Notes under the pieces: model-generated | The model's input: only the letters and a program-made list of their open reading frames with translations | Databases searched by the model: none | Told to the model about the DNA's origin: nothing | Shown: positions 39,895 to 51,290 of the stretch, piece after piece | Layout: every line of letters begins with the position of its first letter | Position numbering within the stretch: the stretch's first letter is position 1 | Origin: Actinomycetota bacterium | GTDB taxonomy: Bacteria; Actinomycetota; Actinomycetes; S36-B12; UBA5976 | NCBI GenBank assembly: GCA_009885745.1 | Contig: VFKC01000025.1 | Span: forward strand, 24,415-88,414 | Reading direction: 5' to 3' | Length of the DNA stretch: 64,000 bases | Position numbers and translations under genes: made by a program

Positions 39895-41484
39895 GTGGCA
39901 AAGAATTATCAGCCTAAGAGATCTTTAATCTACTTAGCGATTTCAATTGTTGGTTTGATCGTTTGGGCTTTTTTGCCAGGTCGCGATCACGCACCTAGAT
40001 TAGGGCTCGATCTTCGAGGCGGGACACAAGTAATCTTGTCCGCCACCGCAGCCGGGGATAAGGCTGTCACCAGCGAACAACTGGGACAGACGCTATCAAT
40101 CATCCGTGCTCGTGTAGATGGCTTTGGTGTCGCTGAATCCGAAGTTACTACACAGGGTTCTGGCGCCAATACAAAAATTATCGTGACAATCCCTGGCGAG
40201 ACTGATCGCACTGTGGTAGATCAACTTAAGACCACTGCAGTCTTGAATTTTAGACCCGTAATCACGAGTGATTCGGGAACTCCTGTGCCAGCGCCAACGC
40301 CGAGTGTCAGTGTCAAAAAGGGCTCTAAAGCAACGCCAAAGGCATCAAGTGTTACGCCAACACCTTCTCCTTCAATTCCAGCATCGTATTTCGAGCCACC
40401 AATCCAGACAAAGGAAGTAACTCAGAAATTTGCGGACACTTTTGCGGCACTGAACTGCGATGGGTCAAAGATTCTCGAGGGCGGCAAGATTGACGATCCT
40501 GAACAGTACTTGATCACTTGTCAAAAAGATAAGAGCGAAAAGTTCGTTCTAGCTCCAGCGGCACTTAGCGGCGGTGACATCCAAAGCGCTAAGGCAAGTT
40601 TGCCGACTGGTGGCGCAGGAGGATGGCAGGTAGATCTGACTATGACTACCGCTGGTGCTAAGAAGTTTGCAGATGTAACTAAGAATCTTTACACCCAGAA
40701 GGCTCCAGCTAATCGATTCGGAATCGTGTTAGATGGCGTCGTAATGAGTGCGCCTTCTGTTAATGAGGCGATTCTTGGCGGTAGCGCAGTCATCAGCGGC
40801 TCATTCACCGCAGAAGAGGCTAAAGGATTGGCGCAGGTTCTTAAGTACGGCGCACTACCTGTTGCGTTGAATGTCGATGAGGTACAACAAATCTCGCCGA
40901 CCCTCGGAAACGATCAACTTCAGGCAGGTCTTCTCGCAGGAGCGTTTGGCTTGCTTCTGGTTATCTTGTACTTAATTGCCTACTACCGTGCACTCGGACT
41001 TGTAGCTGTTGCCAGCCTGGTAGTCGCTGCGGTTATGTCTTATGTGATTTTCATTATTCTCGGTAACACAATTGGTTTCACCATGACGCTTGCAGGTATT
41101 GCCGGAGCAGTGGTTGCAATTGGTATTACAGCTGACTCTTTCATCGTGTATTTTGAGCGACTCCGTGATGAATTACGCGAAGGTAAAAAATTGCGCGGTG
41201 CGGCAGCACAGGGCTGGGAAAGGGCAAGTAGGACTATTTTGGCTGCAGGTTTCGTATCTTTCCTAGCAGCATTCGTTCTTTACTACTTATCCGTAGGAAG
41301 CGTTCGCGGATTTGCATTCACACTTGGTCTCACTACCGTTATTGACGTTGTTGTGGCCTTTACATTCACTCGTCCAATTGTTAACAGGCTTGCCGAAAAC
41401 AAGTGGATGAATAGCGGTGCAAGTATGACTGGAGTTTCTCCAAGCAGACTTGGCGTCATAACAGTTTCAGAGGTGAGCAACTAA
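39895..41484 (+). CDS. secD: protein translocase subunit SecD
   Basis: 'LGLDLRGGTQV', a periplasmic domain with a Pro/Thr/Ser-rich insert, and a C-terminal 6-TM block 'GIAGAVVAIGITADSFIVYFERLRDE'. Confidence 0.93.
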   Translation: MAKNYQPKRSLIYLAISIVGLIVWAFLPGRDHAPRLGLDLRGGTQVILSATAAGDKAVTSEQLGQTLSIIRARVDGFGVAESEVTTQGSGANTKIIVTIPGETDRTVVDQLKTTAVLNFRPVITSDSGTPVPAPTPSVSVKKGSKATPKASSVTPTPSPSIPASYFEPPIQTKEVTQKFADTFAALNCDGSKILEGGKIDDPEQYLITCQKDKSEKFVLAPAALSGGDIQSAKASLPTGGAGGWQVDLTMTTAGAKKFADVTKNLYTQKAPANRFGIVLDGVVMSAPSVNEAILGGSAVISGSFTAEEAKGLAQVLKYGALPVALNVDEVQQISPTLGNDQLQAGLLAGAFGLLLVILYLIAYYRALGLVAVASLVVAAVMSYVIFIILGNTIGFTMTLAGIAGAVVAIGITADSFIVYFERLRDELREGKKLRGAAAQGWERASRTILAAGFVSFLAAFVLYYLSVGSVRGFAFTLGLTTVIDVVVAFTFTRPIVNRLAENKWMNSGASMTGVSPSRLGVITVSEVSN

Positions 41485-42557
41485 TGTCCGGAATTTCAAC
41501 ACTTGGTAATCGTTTGTATCGTGGCGAGGCTTCCTACAACATCGTGGGCAAAAGTCGCACTTGGTATACCATTTCGGCTATCTTTCTTACGATTTCGATC
41601 TTGACTTTGATTTTTCGAGGTCTAAATCTCGGTATCGAATTCAAGGGCGGCGCAGAATTTACAGTCCCGGTTAAGAATGCGACCACACAGTCAATTAGCG
41701 ATGCTAGAGCTTCAGTGAAATCAACTGGTGTTACTCCGGCAAACGTGACAATCATTGGCGGGGACAAGATCAGGATTCAGACTGAGACCGTGACAACTAC
41801 TGTCTCTAACAAGATCGGAGCAGCGCTAGCTGCAACATTTGCAGTCAAGGACGCGGACATCAAAGTTCAGCTGGTCGGTCCTTCTTGGGGCAGTGAAGTT
41901 TCTAAGAATGCTGCCCGTGCGCTCTTGGTTTTCTTGATTTTGGTGGCATTATTTCTGGCCACATATTTTGAGTGGTCTATGGCAGTGGCAGCTTTGGTTG
42001 CACTTGCGCACGACGTTTTAATTACCGTCGGAATCTATGCGCTCAGTGGCTTTGAAGTTACCCCGGCAGCGGTAATCGGTTTCTTAACCATTTTGGGTTA
42101 TTCCCTTTATGACACTGTTGTGGTCTTTGACAAGGTGCAAGAAAACACCAAGGGTATTGCCGGTAGCAGTCGGATGACTTTCAGTGAGGCTGCCAATTTA
42201 GCTTTGAACCAGACTCTGGTTCGTAGTATCAACACAACGCTTGTTGCATTATTGCCAGTACTGTCAATTCTTATTGTCGGGGTCGTACTGCTTGGTGCAG
42301 GGACGCTCAATGACTTGGCGTTGGCACTATTCGTCGGCATGCTCGTTGGTGCATATTCATCAATCTTCATTGCTACGCCTTTTCTTTCATTCCTTAAAGA
42401 GCGCACGCCAGAAATGCAGGGTTTGCAAAAGCGAGTACATGCTAAACGCAAAAATTCTGGCGACGCAGACTCAAGTTCTGTATCAGTCGCCTCTGATTCA
42501 TTGACTCAAGCGGGGCCACGTCAGCAGCGTGTCAAAAAGCCACGTTCAAGTCGATAG
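41484..42557 (+). CDS. secF: protein translocase subunit SecF
   Basis: 'LNLGIEFKGG', 'LAHDVLITVGIYAL', 'LGYSLYDTVVVFDKVQEN'. TAATG overlap with secD. Confidence 0.93.
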   Translation: MSGISTLGNRLYRGEASYNIVGKSRTWYTISAIFLTISILTLIFRGLNLGIEFKGGAEFTVPVKNATTQSISDARASVKSTGVTPANVTIIGGDKIRIQTETVTTTVSNKIGAALAATFAVKDADIKVQLVGPSWGSEVSKNAARALLVFLILVALFLATYFEWSMAVAALVALAHDVLITVGIYALSGFEVTPAAVIGFLTILGYSLYDTVVVFDKVQENTKGIAGSSRMTFSEAANLALNQTLVRSINTTLVALLPVLSILIVGVVLLGAGTLNDLALALFVGMLVGAYSSIFIATPFLSFLKERTPEMQGLQKRVHAKRKNSGDADSSSVSVASDSLTQAGPRQQRVKKPRSSR

Positions 42558-42566
42558 CGTCAGACG

Positions 42567-43109
42567 TTGAGCGGTGATTTGGAATTAGCACAGTCTTGCA
42601 TCTCGCAAATTGTGGACTATCCAGTTCCAGGCGTTATTTTCAAGGATGTAACACCAATTGCGGCGAATTCGGTTGCGTTCACTAGCGTCCTAGACACGAT
42701 TGCGAATCACTTCGCACACGACGGTGTCACACATATTGTCGGTATCGAGGCAAGAGGCTTTATCTTCGGCGCCGCGTTAGCCGCACGGATGGGCTTGGGT
42801 TTTATTCCAATCCGAAAGAGTGGCAAATTGCCAAGGCAAACTCATCGAGTTGAGTATGCACTTGAATATGGAACTGACGCAATTGAAATCCACACTGATG
42901 CCTTAAAGCCTGGCGACGTGGTGCTTGTTATCGATGATGTCCTTGCCACTGGTGGAACAGCGTGCGCGGCACTTGATCTTATTTCGCAATGCGGCGCCAA
43001 AGCCTTATCTCTGGTCGTGCTCCTCAAACTAGATTTCCTCGGGGGACAGGAAACTGTTCAACTAAAATTTCCTCAGGTAGAGATTTTTACACTCTTTCCT
43101 AATCTTTAG
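42567..43109 (+). CDS. apt: adenine phosphoribosyltransferase
   Basis: 'GVIFKDVTPI', 'GIEARGFIFGAALA', PRPP motif 'VLVIDDVLATGGTA'. Confidence 0.93.
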   Translation: MSGDLELAQSCISQIVDYPVPGVIFKDVTPIAANSVAFTSVLDTIANHFAHDGVTHIVGIEARGFIFGAALAARMGLGFIPIRKSGKLPRQTHRVEYALEYGTDAIEIHTDALKPGDVVLVIDDVLATGGTACAALDLISQCGAKALSLVVLLKLDFLGGQETVQLKFPQVEIFTLFPNL

Positions 43110-43174
43110 TTCCCAGTAGGTAACGCTACTTTGTTGAGCAATGGAGTTTATGATAGGCAGTAGAAGGAGTAGCC

Positions 43175-45403
43175 GTGACCGGAATACCAATAGCGCTAGA
43201 TGTTGCTCTGCTTGTGCGTTTTCCGCAGGGTTTGGCTAGTCCTATCCCGGATGACCTGGTAAAGGTGCTTGAAGTTCTACACTCTTTCCATCCAGCGAGT
43301 CCTCGTGATGAGATTGTAAGAGCATTCCAAACGGCAGACTATTTTCATCGCAATCAAGAGCGTAAGTCGGGGGAGGCTTACATAACCCACCCAGTCGCTG
43401 TGGCTGGCTTGCTAGCCGAATTGGGTATGACGACTCCGACAATTATTGCCGCTCTACTACATGACACAGTAGAAGACACCGAGTATGACATTGAACATCT
43501 GAGAGCGGACTTTGGTGATGAAGTTGCCGATCTTGTCGATGGGGTTACCAAGCTGGACAAAGTAAAGTATGGTCAAACCTCTGCTTCTGAAACTGTGCGC
43601 AAGATGGTCGTTGCCATGGCACGTGACATTCGAGTGCTGGTGATCAAGCTCGTTGACAGGTTACACAACATGCGCACCTTGCAGTACATGTCTATTGAAA
43701 AGCAAGAGCAAAAGGCGCGTGAAACGCTAGAGATCTATGCACCACTTGCACATCGGCTTGGCATGAATGCAATCAAGTGGGAACTTGAAGATTTGGCATT
43801 CACAACTTTGTACCCAAAGATGTTCGACGAAATTGTCAGACTTGTTCAACAACGCGCTCCTGCAAGAGACGAGTACCTCAAAGAAGTCGTTGAACTCGTA
43901 ACGCAAGATTTGCAGGATATGGGTATTGCCAGTGTTATCACCGGCAGACCGAAACATTTTTACAGCATCTACCAGAAGATGATTGTCAGAGGCCGTGATT
44001 TTGAAGACATCTATGACTTGATTGGCGTGCGTGTTCTAGTCGATAACATTCAGGATTGTTATGCTGCCTTGGGCATAATTCACAATGAATGGAACCCCGT
44101 ACCAGGTCGTTTTAAAGACTACATAGCCATGCCAAAATTCACGATGTATCAGTCGCTGCACACCACAGTTATTGGTCCTTCAGGAAAACCCGTTGAATTT
44201 CAGATCCGCACCCATGAGATGCATAGAGCGGCAGAATATGGAGTTGCTTCACATTGGCGATACAAGACCGCAAATGTTGGGGGCAAGACTGGTCCAGATG
44301 ATCTTGGTTGGGTACGCCAGCTACTAGATTGGCAACGCGAAACTGAAGACCCTGGTGATTTCATGGATTCCCTTCGTGAAGATTTGGGCGCCTCAGAGGT
44401 TTATGTTTTCACACCTAAAGGTGAAGTTATGGCATTACCTGCCGGTAGCACTCCAATTGATTTTGCGTATTCAGTGCACACCCAAGTGGGTGAACGCTGT
44501 GTTGGCTCGCGAATAAACGGGAAGTTGGCGCCGCTGGATAGCAAACTAGCTAATGGCGACAGCGTTGAGATCATCACGAATAAGGCGGACAGTGCCGGCC
44601 CAAGTCAGGATTGGTTGAACATAGTAGTTAGCGCGCGAGCAAAGTCTAAGATTCGTGCCTGGTTCTCTAAGGAACGTCGTGAAGAAGCGATCGAAATAGG
44701 TAAAGATCAGATTGTCCGGGCTATGAAAAAGCAGGGAGTCCCACTACGACTTCTCACGAACAACATGTTGGCAACCCTTAGTGCTGAGTCACATTTTGCC
44801 GATGTCAGCGCACTTTACGCCGCTGTGGGAGAGGGGCATCTTGGCGCACAGACAGTTGTTACCCGTCTTTTAAGCGCCCATGGTGGCGATGAAGGAATGG
44901 TCGAGGAAACGGCAGACTTAATCTCACCCACCAGATTAAAGAGCCGTAGGTCGATAAAACACGACCCGGGGGTAACTGTTATTGGGGCTGATGACACATG
45001 GGTGCGACTTTCGAGATGTTGCACTCCAGTGCCAGGCGATGAAGTTTTAGGTTTTGTAACTCGCGGATCTGGTATTTCGGTCCACCGCACCGACTGTGTC
45101 AATGCTGATGAGTTGCGCATACAAGAGGACCGAATTGTGCAAGTAGCCTGGACACCAGGCAAAAGCAGTGTCTTTCTGGTCAACATCCAAGTTGAGGCCT
45201 TGGACAGATCTCGATTGCTTTCAGATGTCACGCGCTCCTTAAGCGATCAGCATGTAAATATTCTGAATGCTTCAGTAACAACCACTAGAGATCGTGTCGC
45301 GATAAGTAGATTCACGTTCGAAATGGGGGACCCATCACATCTTGACTACGTTCTACGCGCCGTTAGAGCAGTTGATGGAGTGTTCGACGTTTATCGCGTA
45401 TAA
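43175..45403 (+). CDS. relA: bifunctional (p)ppGpp synthetase/hydrolase (RelA/SpoT homologue)
   Basis: HD hydrolase 'YITHPVAVAGLL...ALLHDTVEDT', synthetase 'GRPKHFYSIYQKM', 'YQSLHTTV', 'EFQIRTHEMH', TGS 'VYVFTPKGEV', and a C-terminal ACT-like domain. Confidence 0.95.
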   Translation: MTGIPIALDVALLVRFPQGLASPIPDDLVKVLEVLHSFHPASPRDEIVRAFQTADYFHRNQERKSGEAYITHPVAVAGLLAELGMTTPTIIAALLHDTVEDTEYDIEHLRADFGDEVADLVDGVTKLDKVKYGQTSASETVRKMVVAMARDIRVLVIKLVDRLHNMRTLQYMSIEKQEQKARETLEIYAPLAHRLGMNAIKWELEDLAFTTLYPKMFDEIVRLVQQRAPARDEYLKEVVELVTQDLQDMGIASVITGRPKHFYSIYQKMIVRGRDFEDIYDLIGVRVLVDNIQDCYAALGIIHNEWNPVPGRFKDYIAMPKFTMYQSLHTTVIGPSGKPVEFQIRTHEMHRAAEYGVASHWRYKTANVGGKTGPDDLGWVRQLLDWQRETEDPGDFMDSLREDLGASEVYVFTPKGEVMALPAGSTPIDFAYSVHTQVGERCVGSRINGKLAPLDSKLANGDSVEIITNKADSAGPSQDWLNIVVSARAKSKIRAWFSKERREEAIEIGKDQIVRAMKKQGVPLRLLTNNMLATLSAESHFADVSALYAAVGEGHLGAQTVVTRLLSAHGGDEGMVEETADLISPTRLKSRRSIKHDPGVTVIGADDTWVRLSRCCTPVPGDEVLGFVTRGSGISVHRTDCVNADELRIQEDRIVQVAWTPGKSSVFLVNIQVEALDRSRLLSDVTRSLSDQHVNILNASVTTTRDRVAISRFTFEMGDPSHLDYVLRAVRAVDGVFDVYRV

Positions 45404-45421
45404 CTTGTTAGCGGGAATGTT

Positions 45422-46660
45422 CTAGCCGAGTTTGGATGCACCAGAGCGTGCGGCATCCAGCAAAGCTTGAGTCTGCGCTAGTTGTGCTTCCAATTTCTTA
45501 ATGTCGCCAGCTTTCTTAGCGGCCTTTGCATCAGCGATACCCTTTTCTAATTTTGCAACTGATGCCTCAAATGAAGAGATGAAACCATTAGCACGCTCGA
45601 TAACTTCTGGCTTAGAGCGATGCCAAATTTCCTCTTGAGCACGACGCACAGCGTCCTCGACAGATTTCAGACGACGCTCAATCTTTTCCTTGTCGTTGCG
45701 CGGAACATGACCAATCTTTTCCCACTTCTCGGAGATTTCACGAAGGGAATTCTTAACTGCATCTAGATCAATGATTGGCAACAGCGCCTCAGCAGCCGCC
45801 GCCAGCTCTTGCTTAAGTGTTAGATTCTTACCAAATTCTTCGTCACGAGCCTCATTTACCGTATTGCGATTTGTGAAGAATTTATCTTGCACAGATTTGA
45901 ATTCTTTCCAAAGCTTCTCTTCTTCTGACTTACCGGCTCGAGCAAGACCTTTCCAGTTATCCATAAGCTTTTTGAACGCCGTTGTAGTCGCAGCCCATTC
46001 AGTGCTGTCGGCTAACTCTGCGGCTTTGGCTATTAGTGCTTTCTTAGCCGCGGTGGCCTCTGACCGGGTCGCATCAAGGGCTGCGAAATGATTTCGTCGA
46101 GCCTTGTCGAAGACCGAGCGTGCAGAGCTAAAGCGCTTCCATAGTTCCTGCTCTTTACCACGATCGACGTTGGTTACGTTCTTCCATTCGTCGAGCATCT
46201 CTTTGAACTTTTCACCTGTGATTTTCCAAGATGTGGAATTGGCAAGACTCTCGGCGATTGCCACCAACTCTTCACGCTTAGCCAGGGCAGCAACTTTAGC
46301 CGCCGCCTTACGTTCGGCCAGAGCCTTCTTTTGATCTTCTACTAGGTTGGATAGTTCATCTTTGTAGACATTTAAACTTGGGATGTCGCCAAGCATGTTA
46401 GGCGACTCAATAGCTTTACCAATGCGGTCAATCAGCGCGTTAACCGACTCAACGGGGGCCTTTGCCTCAGCAAGGCGGCTAACAGTCAAAATGATTTCTG
46501 CCACGAGGTCATCGAAGCGCTTTGCATAAAAGGCCAAAGCCTCCTTGGCGTCACCAATGGTGTACTGACCGAGCTTGACTGGACCCTCAGGAGTGCTTAG
46601 AAAGACGTTACCCTGCTCATCAACGTGGCCATATTCATTAGTTTCAGTCATGATGATCAT
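45422..46660 (-). CDS. DUF349 repeat protein
   Basis: Lys/Glu/Ala-rich helical protein with repeated ~75-aa units ending '...W K ... EEKLWKEF/ELWKRF ... F' (e.g. 'EMLDEWKNV...EQELWKRFSSARSVFDKARRNHF', 'KLMDNWKGL...EEKLWKEFKSVQDKFFTNR'). Confidence 0.7.
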   Translation of the reverse strand: MIIMTETNEYGHVDEQGNVFLSTPEGPVKLGQYTIGDAKEALAFYAKRFDDLVAEIILTVSRLAEAKAPVESVNALIDRIGKAIESPNMLGDIPSLNVYKDELSNLVEDQKKALAERKAAAKVAALAKREELVAIAESLANSTSWKITGEKFKEMLDEWKNVTNVDRGKEQELWKRFSSARSVFDKARRNHFAALDATRSEATAAKKALIAKAAELADSTEWAATTTAFKKLMDNWKGLARAGKSEEEKLWKEFKSVQDKFFTNRNTVNEARDEEFGKNLTLKQELAAAAEALLPIIDLDAVKNSLREISEKWEKIGHVPRNDKEKIERRLKSVEDAVRRAQEEIWHRSKPEVIERANGFISSFEASVAKLEKGIADAKAAKKAGDIKKLEAQLAQTQALLDAARSGASKLG

Positions 46661-46710
46661 CCTTGTACTCGGGTCCCTAGCGGGCTCTTTTACTTGCGTT
46701 GACAGTTTTA

Positions 46711-47520
46711 TTATGGCGTAACGGTGGCGCTAATGATGCCGACTGATTGAACTGGCCTGCCGTCGGCGGCTCCACCCTGAACACCAGCAGTAGAAACACG
46801 ATCTAAAATTTCTATCCCTGAGGTTATTTTACCCCAAACGGTGTAGTTCGGTGGCAAGGGGGAATCTTCATAAACTAGGAAGAACTGGCTTCCGTTTGTT
46901 CCGGGACCGCTGTTAGCCATTGCGACTGTGCCACGCTTATAGACAGCAGAGCCACCTTCAGTTGCCTTTGGAAGATTTTCATCTGCAAAGGCAAAACCAG
47001 GTCCACCTGTTCCGTCACCTGCAGGATCGCCACATTGAAGTACGTAAATTCCTGAGAAAGTGAGTCGGTGGCAGATTGTTCCGACAAAGAATTTTTTATT
47101 AGCCAGGAACGTCATTGCTTGAATAGTTTTTGGTGCATTCTTATTGAGCGCTATTTTTATGCCACCACAATTTGTTGAAAGCGTGAGAGTTGAACCGGCA
47201 ACAGTGTCCTTGTCTACTGAGGCAAAAGACACGTTGTTCGGACGGGCGCTGCCGATCTGTGAACATCCAGAGGCCTGCTTAGAGGCAGAAATAGATGGCG
47301 CTGGCGACTTAGTCGACGCAGGCTTGGCCAAATCATTTTTTGCAGAGTTGTTGCCGGCCCAGACCATAAATGTGACAAGAAGAACTATTCCAGCGCTAAT
47401 GAAGTTCCTCGTGCGTTTGTTCTGCGCGCGTTCTGCACGACGGACTTGTTGACGTTCATACCTTGCGCGAGCTAACTCGCGTTCACGCTTTTGACTCATA
47501 GTTCCTAATTCTAAGGTCAA
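46711..47520 (-). CDS. cyclophilin-type peptidyl-prolyl cis-trans isomerase, N-terminally membrane-anchored
   Basis: TM 'FISAGIVLLVTFMVWA', a low-complexity linker, then cyclophilin blocks 'HRLTFSGIYVLQCGDP', 'GTVAMANSGPGTNGSQFFLV'. Confidence 0.88.
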   Translation of the reverse strand: MTLELGTMSQKRERELARARYERQQVRRAERAQNKRTRNFISAGIVLLVTFMVWAGNNSAKNDLAKPASTKSPAPSISASKQASGCSQIGSARPNNVSFASVDKDTVAGSTLTLSTNCGGIKIALNKNAPKTIQAMTFLANKKFFVGTICHRLTFSGIYVLQCGDPAGDGTGGPGFAFADENLPKATEGGSAVYKRGTVAMANSGPGTNGSQFFLVYEDSPLPPNYTVWGKITSGIEILDRVSTAGVQGGAADGRPVQSVGIISATVTP

Positions 47521-47575
47521 ACTTCAAGTGGTTTTGACGCTACCCTTGAGGAAGTTGTTTTGAAAGGTTTTTATT

Positions 47576-48259
47576 TTGCTAATTGAGAGTTTTCCTGCAG
47601 GCCCTTGGCAGACTAATTGCTATGTTTTAGCGAGCCAGAACGGTTCAGAATGCTTAATAATTGACCCGGGTCCAGGCGCGATTCCACAGATTAAAGACAC
47701 CTTGGCAGAATATCGGCTTAAGCCGGTTGCAGTATTAATTACCCATGGCCACCTAGACCACACTTGGTCGGTTTTCCCTGTTGCTACTGGTTATGAAATC
47801 CCGGCCATAATTCACAGAGAGGACCGCTTCTTGCTTAGCCATCCGCTAGAGGGTGTTTCCGAGCAGACTAAGTCTGCGATACCAATGTTGTTGGATTCCG
47901 CTGACGTATTCGCTGAACCAAGCGAGGTGATTGAAGTTAGTGATTCAACACAATTAGAAATTGCTGGAATGAAATTCGTAGTCCATCATGCACCAGGACA
48001 TACCGCCGGTTCTGTTCTTTTTGACTTTGGTGGTCGCCATGTTTTCACTGGTGATGTTCTTTTCGCAGGTGCAATCGGTAGAACTGATTTACCCGGTGGT
48101 TCCGCAGATGCGATGAATTCATCCCTTCTAAACGTAATCATGCCGTTGCCAGATGAGGCGATGGTTTATCCAGGTCACGGACCTTCGAGCACTATGAGAA
48201 TCGAGCGCGCCACAAACCCATATTTGCATCGAATTGCGCAAGGATTAAAGGCGACATGA
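47576..48259 (+). CDS. MBL-fold metallo-hydrolase (glyoxalase II-like)
   Basis: 'ITHGHLDH' metal motif, 'HHAPGHTAGS', 'GDVLFAGAIGRTD', 'PGHGP'. Confidence 0.85.
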   Translation: MLIESFPAGPWQTNCYVLASQNGSECLIIDPGPGAIPQIKDTLAEYRLKPVAVLITHGHLDHTWSVFPVATGYEIPAIIHREDRFLLSHPLEGVSEQTKSAIPMLLDSADVFAEPSEVIEVSDSTQLEIAGMKFVVHHAPGHTAGSVLFDFGGRHVFTGDVLFAGAIGRTDLPGGSADAMNSSLLNVIMPLPDEAMVYPGHGPSSTMRIERATNPYLHRIAQGLKAT

Positions 48260-49512
48260 GTGATTTATTTAAAGCCCCAAAGGGCACCTACGATGTGGTC
48301 CCACCATTTTCGCAACTATGGCTCGCCGTTAAGGATGCCCTAAGTACGCCACCACGATTGGCGGGTTATGGATACATTGAGACGCCGTTATTTGAGGACA
48401 CTGCCTTATTTGTTCGTGGTGTTGGCGAATCGACGGATGTTGTTTCTAAAGAGATGTACACATTCAATGACAGAGGGGATCGGAGTCTGACTTTGCGCCC
48501 GGAGGGAACCGCTGGAGTTTTACGCGCGATTTTAGAAAATCGTCTTGATCGCGCTGGACTTCCAGTCAAGGTTTGGTACACAGGTGCGAATTTTCGCTAC
48601 GAGCAACCACAATCCGGACGCTATCGTCAGCACACCCAGGTCGGTGTCGAAGCGATTGGATCAAGTGACCCTGCCCTTGATGCGGAGATTATCTGGATGG
48701 CCATCCATTCACAGCGCACAATCTTGGGGCTGAAAAACATTCGACTACTGGTTAATTCATTAGGCTGCCACCAATGTCGACCCGCATATCGCGAACTCTT
48801 GACTGCATTCCTTGGCACCCTAGAACTTGATGAAGCAACGCAAGAACGCATTCTGCTAAATCCATTGCGTGTACTAGACGACAAGCGCGAACATGTACGA
48901 GCCTTGCTTGAAGATGCCCCGCTGATGCCCGATCACCTCTGTGCAGAATGTTGCGAGCATCACAATCTAGTCCTGCATTTCTTGGATTTGCTTGGCGTTG
49001 AGTATGAGTTGGCACCAAGACTCGTTCGCGGGCTTGATTATTATGTGCGAACAACATTCGAATTGATTCATACTGGCCTTGGTGCTCAGTCCGCTATTGG
49101 CGGTGGCGGTCGATATGACGGGCTAGTTGAAACTCTTGGTGGACCCGCACTAGCTGGTGTTGGTTTTGGACTTGGTGTTGATCGCACCTGCCTTGCAATC
49201 CAGGCTGAAGGTATCACTCTGCCAGCATCTAATCCGCTGCTTGCTTTCTTGATCCCGATAGGCGAGGGTGCACTGGAGATTTGCCTTCCGCTTATTGGTG
49301 CGTTGCGCATAAACGGAGCATGTGTCGACATGGCATTTGATTCGCGAAGCCTAAAGGCGAGCATGAAAAGTGCGGACAGATCAGGTGCCAAATTTGCGGT
49401 AATCGTAGGTGAAGACGAGATTAAAAACCACACGGCAGTCATAAAGAATCTCTTGTCTGGAGAGCAAACCAGTGTGCCTTTAGACTTAGTTGAAGAAATG
49501 TTAACCAAATAG
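48256..49512 (+). CDS. hisS: histidine--tRNA ligase
   Basis: 'PKGTYD', 'LRPEGTAGV', 'FRYEQPQSGRYRQHTQ', 'GGGRYDGL', and an anticodon-binding C-terminus. The ATG overlaps the upstream stop. Confidence 0.95.
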   Translation: MSDLFKAPKGTYDVVPPFSQLWLAVKDALSTPPRLAGYGYIETPLFEDTALFVRGVGESTDVVSKEMYTFNDRGDRSLTLRPEGTAGVLRAILENRLDRAGLPVKVWYTGANFRYEQPQSGRYRQHTQVGVEAIGSSDPALDAEIIWMAIHSQRTILGLKNIRLLVNSLGCHQCRPAYRELLTAFLGTLELDEATQERILLNPLRVLDDKREHVRALLEDAPLMPDHLCAECCEHHNLVLHFLDLLGVEYELAPRLVRGLDYYVRTTFELIHTGLGAQSAIGGGGRYDGLVETLGGPALAGVGFGLGVDRTCLAIQAEGITLPASNPLLAFLIPIGEGALEICLPLIGALRINGACVDMAFDSRSLKASMKSADRSGAKFAVIVGEDEIKNHTAVIKNLLSGEQTSVPLDLVEEMLTK

Positions 49513-49541
49513 AGTCTCACTTTCGCTAGCTTTAAGGATTT

Positions 49542-51287
49542 TTGATGCTTCGCACTCACGATGCCGGAACACTGCGCAACACAGACAACGGAACGCTAGT
49601 TGTGCTATCGGGTTGGGTTGGTAAGCGCCGCGATCATGGCGGGATAGCTTTTTTCGATCTGCGTGACTCAACTGGTTCGGTACAAGTTGTAGTCAACGAT
49701 GAGGCCGTTGCCCATGGACTTCGCGCCGAATTCTGCCTGCAGATAACTGGCACGGTGCGAATCCGTCCAGAGGGAAACGACAATCCAGAAATTCCAACAG
49801 GCGATATCGAAATTGTGGCTGACGAAGTGAAAGTTCTAAGTAAGAGTGCGCCTTTACCTTTCCCTATTGATGATGCAATCACGGTCGGCGAAGAAACACG
49901 GTTGAAGTATCGATACCTGGATTTGCGACGACCAGCATCTGGCAACATTCTGCGCATGCGCAGTGATGTAAATCGTTATGCACGCGATGTTTTGCATGCT
50001 CGCAACTTCGTTGAAATCGAGACCCCAACCTTAACTCGATCCACTCCTGAGGGAGCTCGAGATTTCCTAGTACCAGTTAGATTGCAGCCAGGTCATTGGT
50101 ATGCGTTACCACAGAGTCCTCAGCTGTTCAAGCAGTTGCTCATGGTGGCGGGGATGGAGCGTTACTACCAAATTGCACGCTGCTATCGCGACGAAGATTT
50201 CCGCGCTGATCGTCAACCTGAATTTACTCAATTAGACATTGAGATGAGTTTCGTCGAACAGTCCGATGTCATTGAAGTTGGCGAAGCGGTAATCCGCAGC
50301 ATCTGGCAAGGAACTTTGAATTACGAAATTGGCCAGATTCCACACATGACTTACCACGACGCGATGACGCGTTTTGGTTCTGATAAGCCTGACCTACGTT
50401 TTGATCTGGAATTAGTCGAATGTGCTTCTTATTTTGCCAATACCGAGTTTAGGGTTTTCCAATCTGAATATGTTGGGGCTGTTGTCATGCCTGGTGGCGC
50501 AGATCAGCCACGAAGAACTTTCGATGCCTGGCAAGACTGGGCTAAACAACGAGGCGCCAAGGGCTTGGCATACGTAACGTTTGAAGCAGATGGCAGCCTC
50601 GGAGGACCAGTTGCCAAGAATCTAACCGATGATGAACGAAACGGATTAGCCGCACATGTTGGAGCGCAACCGGGCGACTGTGTATTTTTTGCAGCCGGTA
50701 CCAAGCGCGATTCGCAGGCTCTATTGGGCTCTGTTCGGCTTGAAGTTGGTAAGCGTTGCGGACTAATCGATGAAGACACCTGGTCGTTCGTTTGGATAGT
50801 TGACGCACCAATGTTTGAAATGACAGACGATGGCTCGTGGACGGCCGTGCATCATCCTTTCACATCACCTAACGATGAGTGGATAGACCGATTCGAAGAG
50901 TCACCGGGCGAAGCTCTGGCTTGGGCATACGACATTGTTTGTAATGGAAATGAAATTGGTGGTGGATCAATCCGTATTCATCAGGGCGATGTTCAAGAGC
51001 GGGTTTTTGCAGTACTCGGCATGAGCGAGGACGAGTCCCGTGAGAAATTTGGATTCTTGCTCGAGGCTTTTGCTTTCGGTCCGCCTCCTCATGGTGGGGT
51101 AGCTTTCGGCTGGGATCGAATCTGCATGCTGCTCACTGGTGCAACAAGTTTGCGAGATGTTATCGCTTTTCCAAAAACTGGCGCCGGTTTCGACCCACTA
51201 ACTAGTGCACCCACGCCAATCACTGATCAGCAGCGACTTGAAGCAGGGATTGACTTCGACCCGACAGCTGAAGTGGACGACAAATAG
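49542..51287 (+). CDS. aspS: aspartate--tRNA ligase
   Basis: N-terminal OB '[19 protein letters not shown]', '[10 protein letters not shown]', '[19 protein letters not shown]', 'GGGSIRIH', '[12 protein letters not shown]'. Confidence 0.95.
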   Translation: MMLRTHDAGTLRNTDNGTLVVLSGWVGKRRDHGGIAFFDLRDSTGSVQVVVNDEAVAHGLRAEFCLQITGTVRIRPEGNDNPEIPTGDIEIVADEVKVLSKSAPLPFPIDDAITVGEETRLKYRYLDLRRPASGNILRMRSDVNRYARDVLHARNFVEIETPTLTRSTPEGARDFLVPVRLQPGHWYALPQSPQLFKQLLMVAGMERYYQIARCYRDEDFRADRQPEFTQLDIEMSFVEQSDVIEVGEAVIRSIWQGTLNYEIGQIPHMTYHDAMTRFGSDKPDLRFDLELVECASYFANTEFRVFQSEYVGAVVMPGGADQPRRTFDAWQDWAKQRGAKGLAYVTFEADGSLGGPVAKNLTDDERNGLAAHVGAQPGDCVFFAAGTKRDSQALLGSVRLEVGKRCGLIDEDTWSFVWIVDAPMFEMTDDGSWTAVHHPFTSPNDEWIDRFEESPGEALAWAYDIVCNGNEIGGGSIRIHQGDVQERVFAVLGMSEDESREKFGFLLEAFAFGPPPHGGVAFGWDRICMLLTGATSLRDVIAFPKTGAGFDPLTSAPTPITDQQRLEAGIDFDPTAEVDDK

Positions 51288-51290
51288 CCG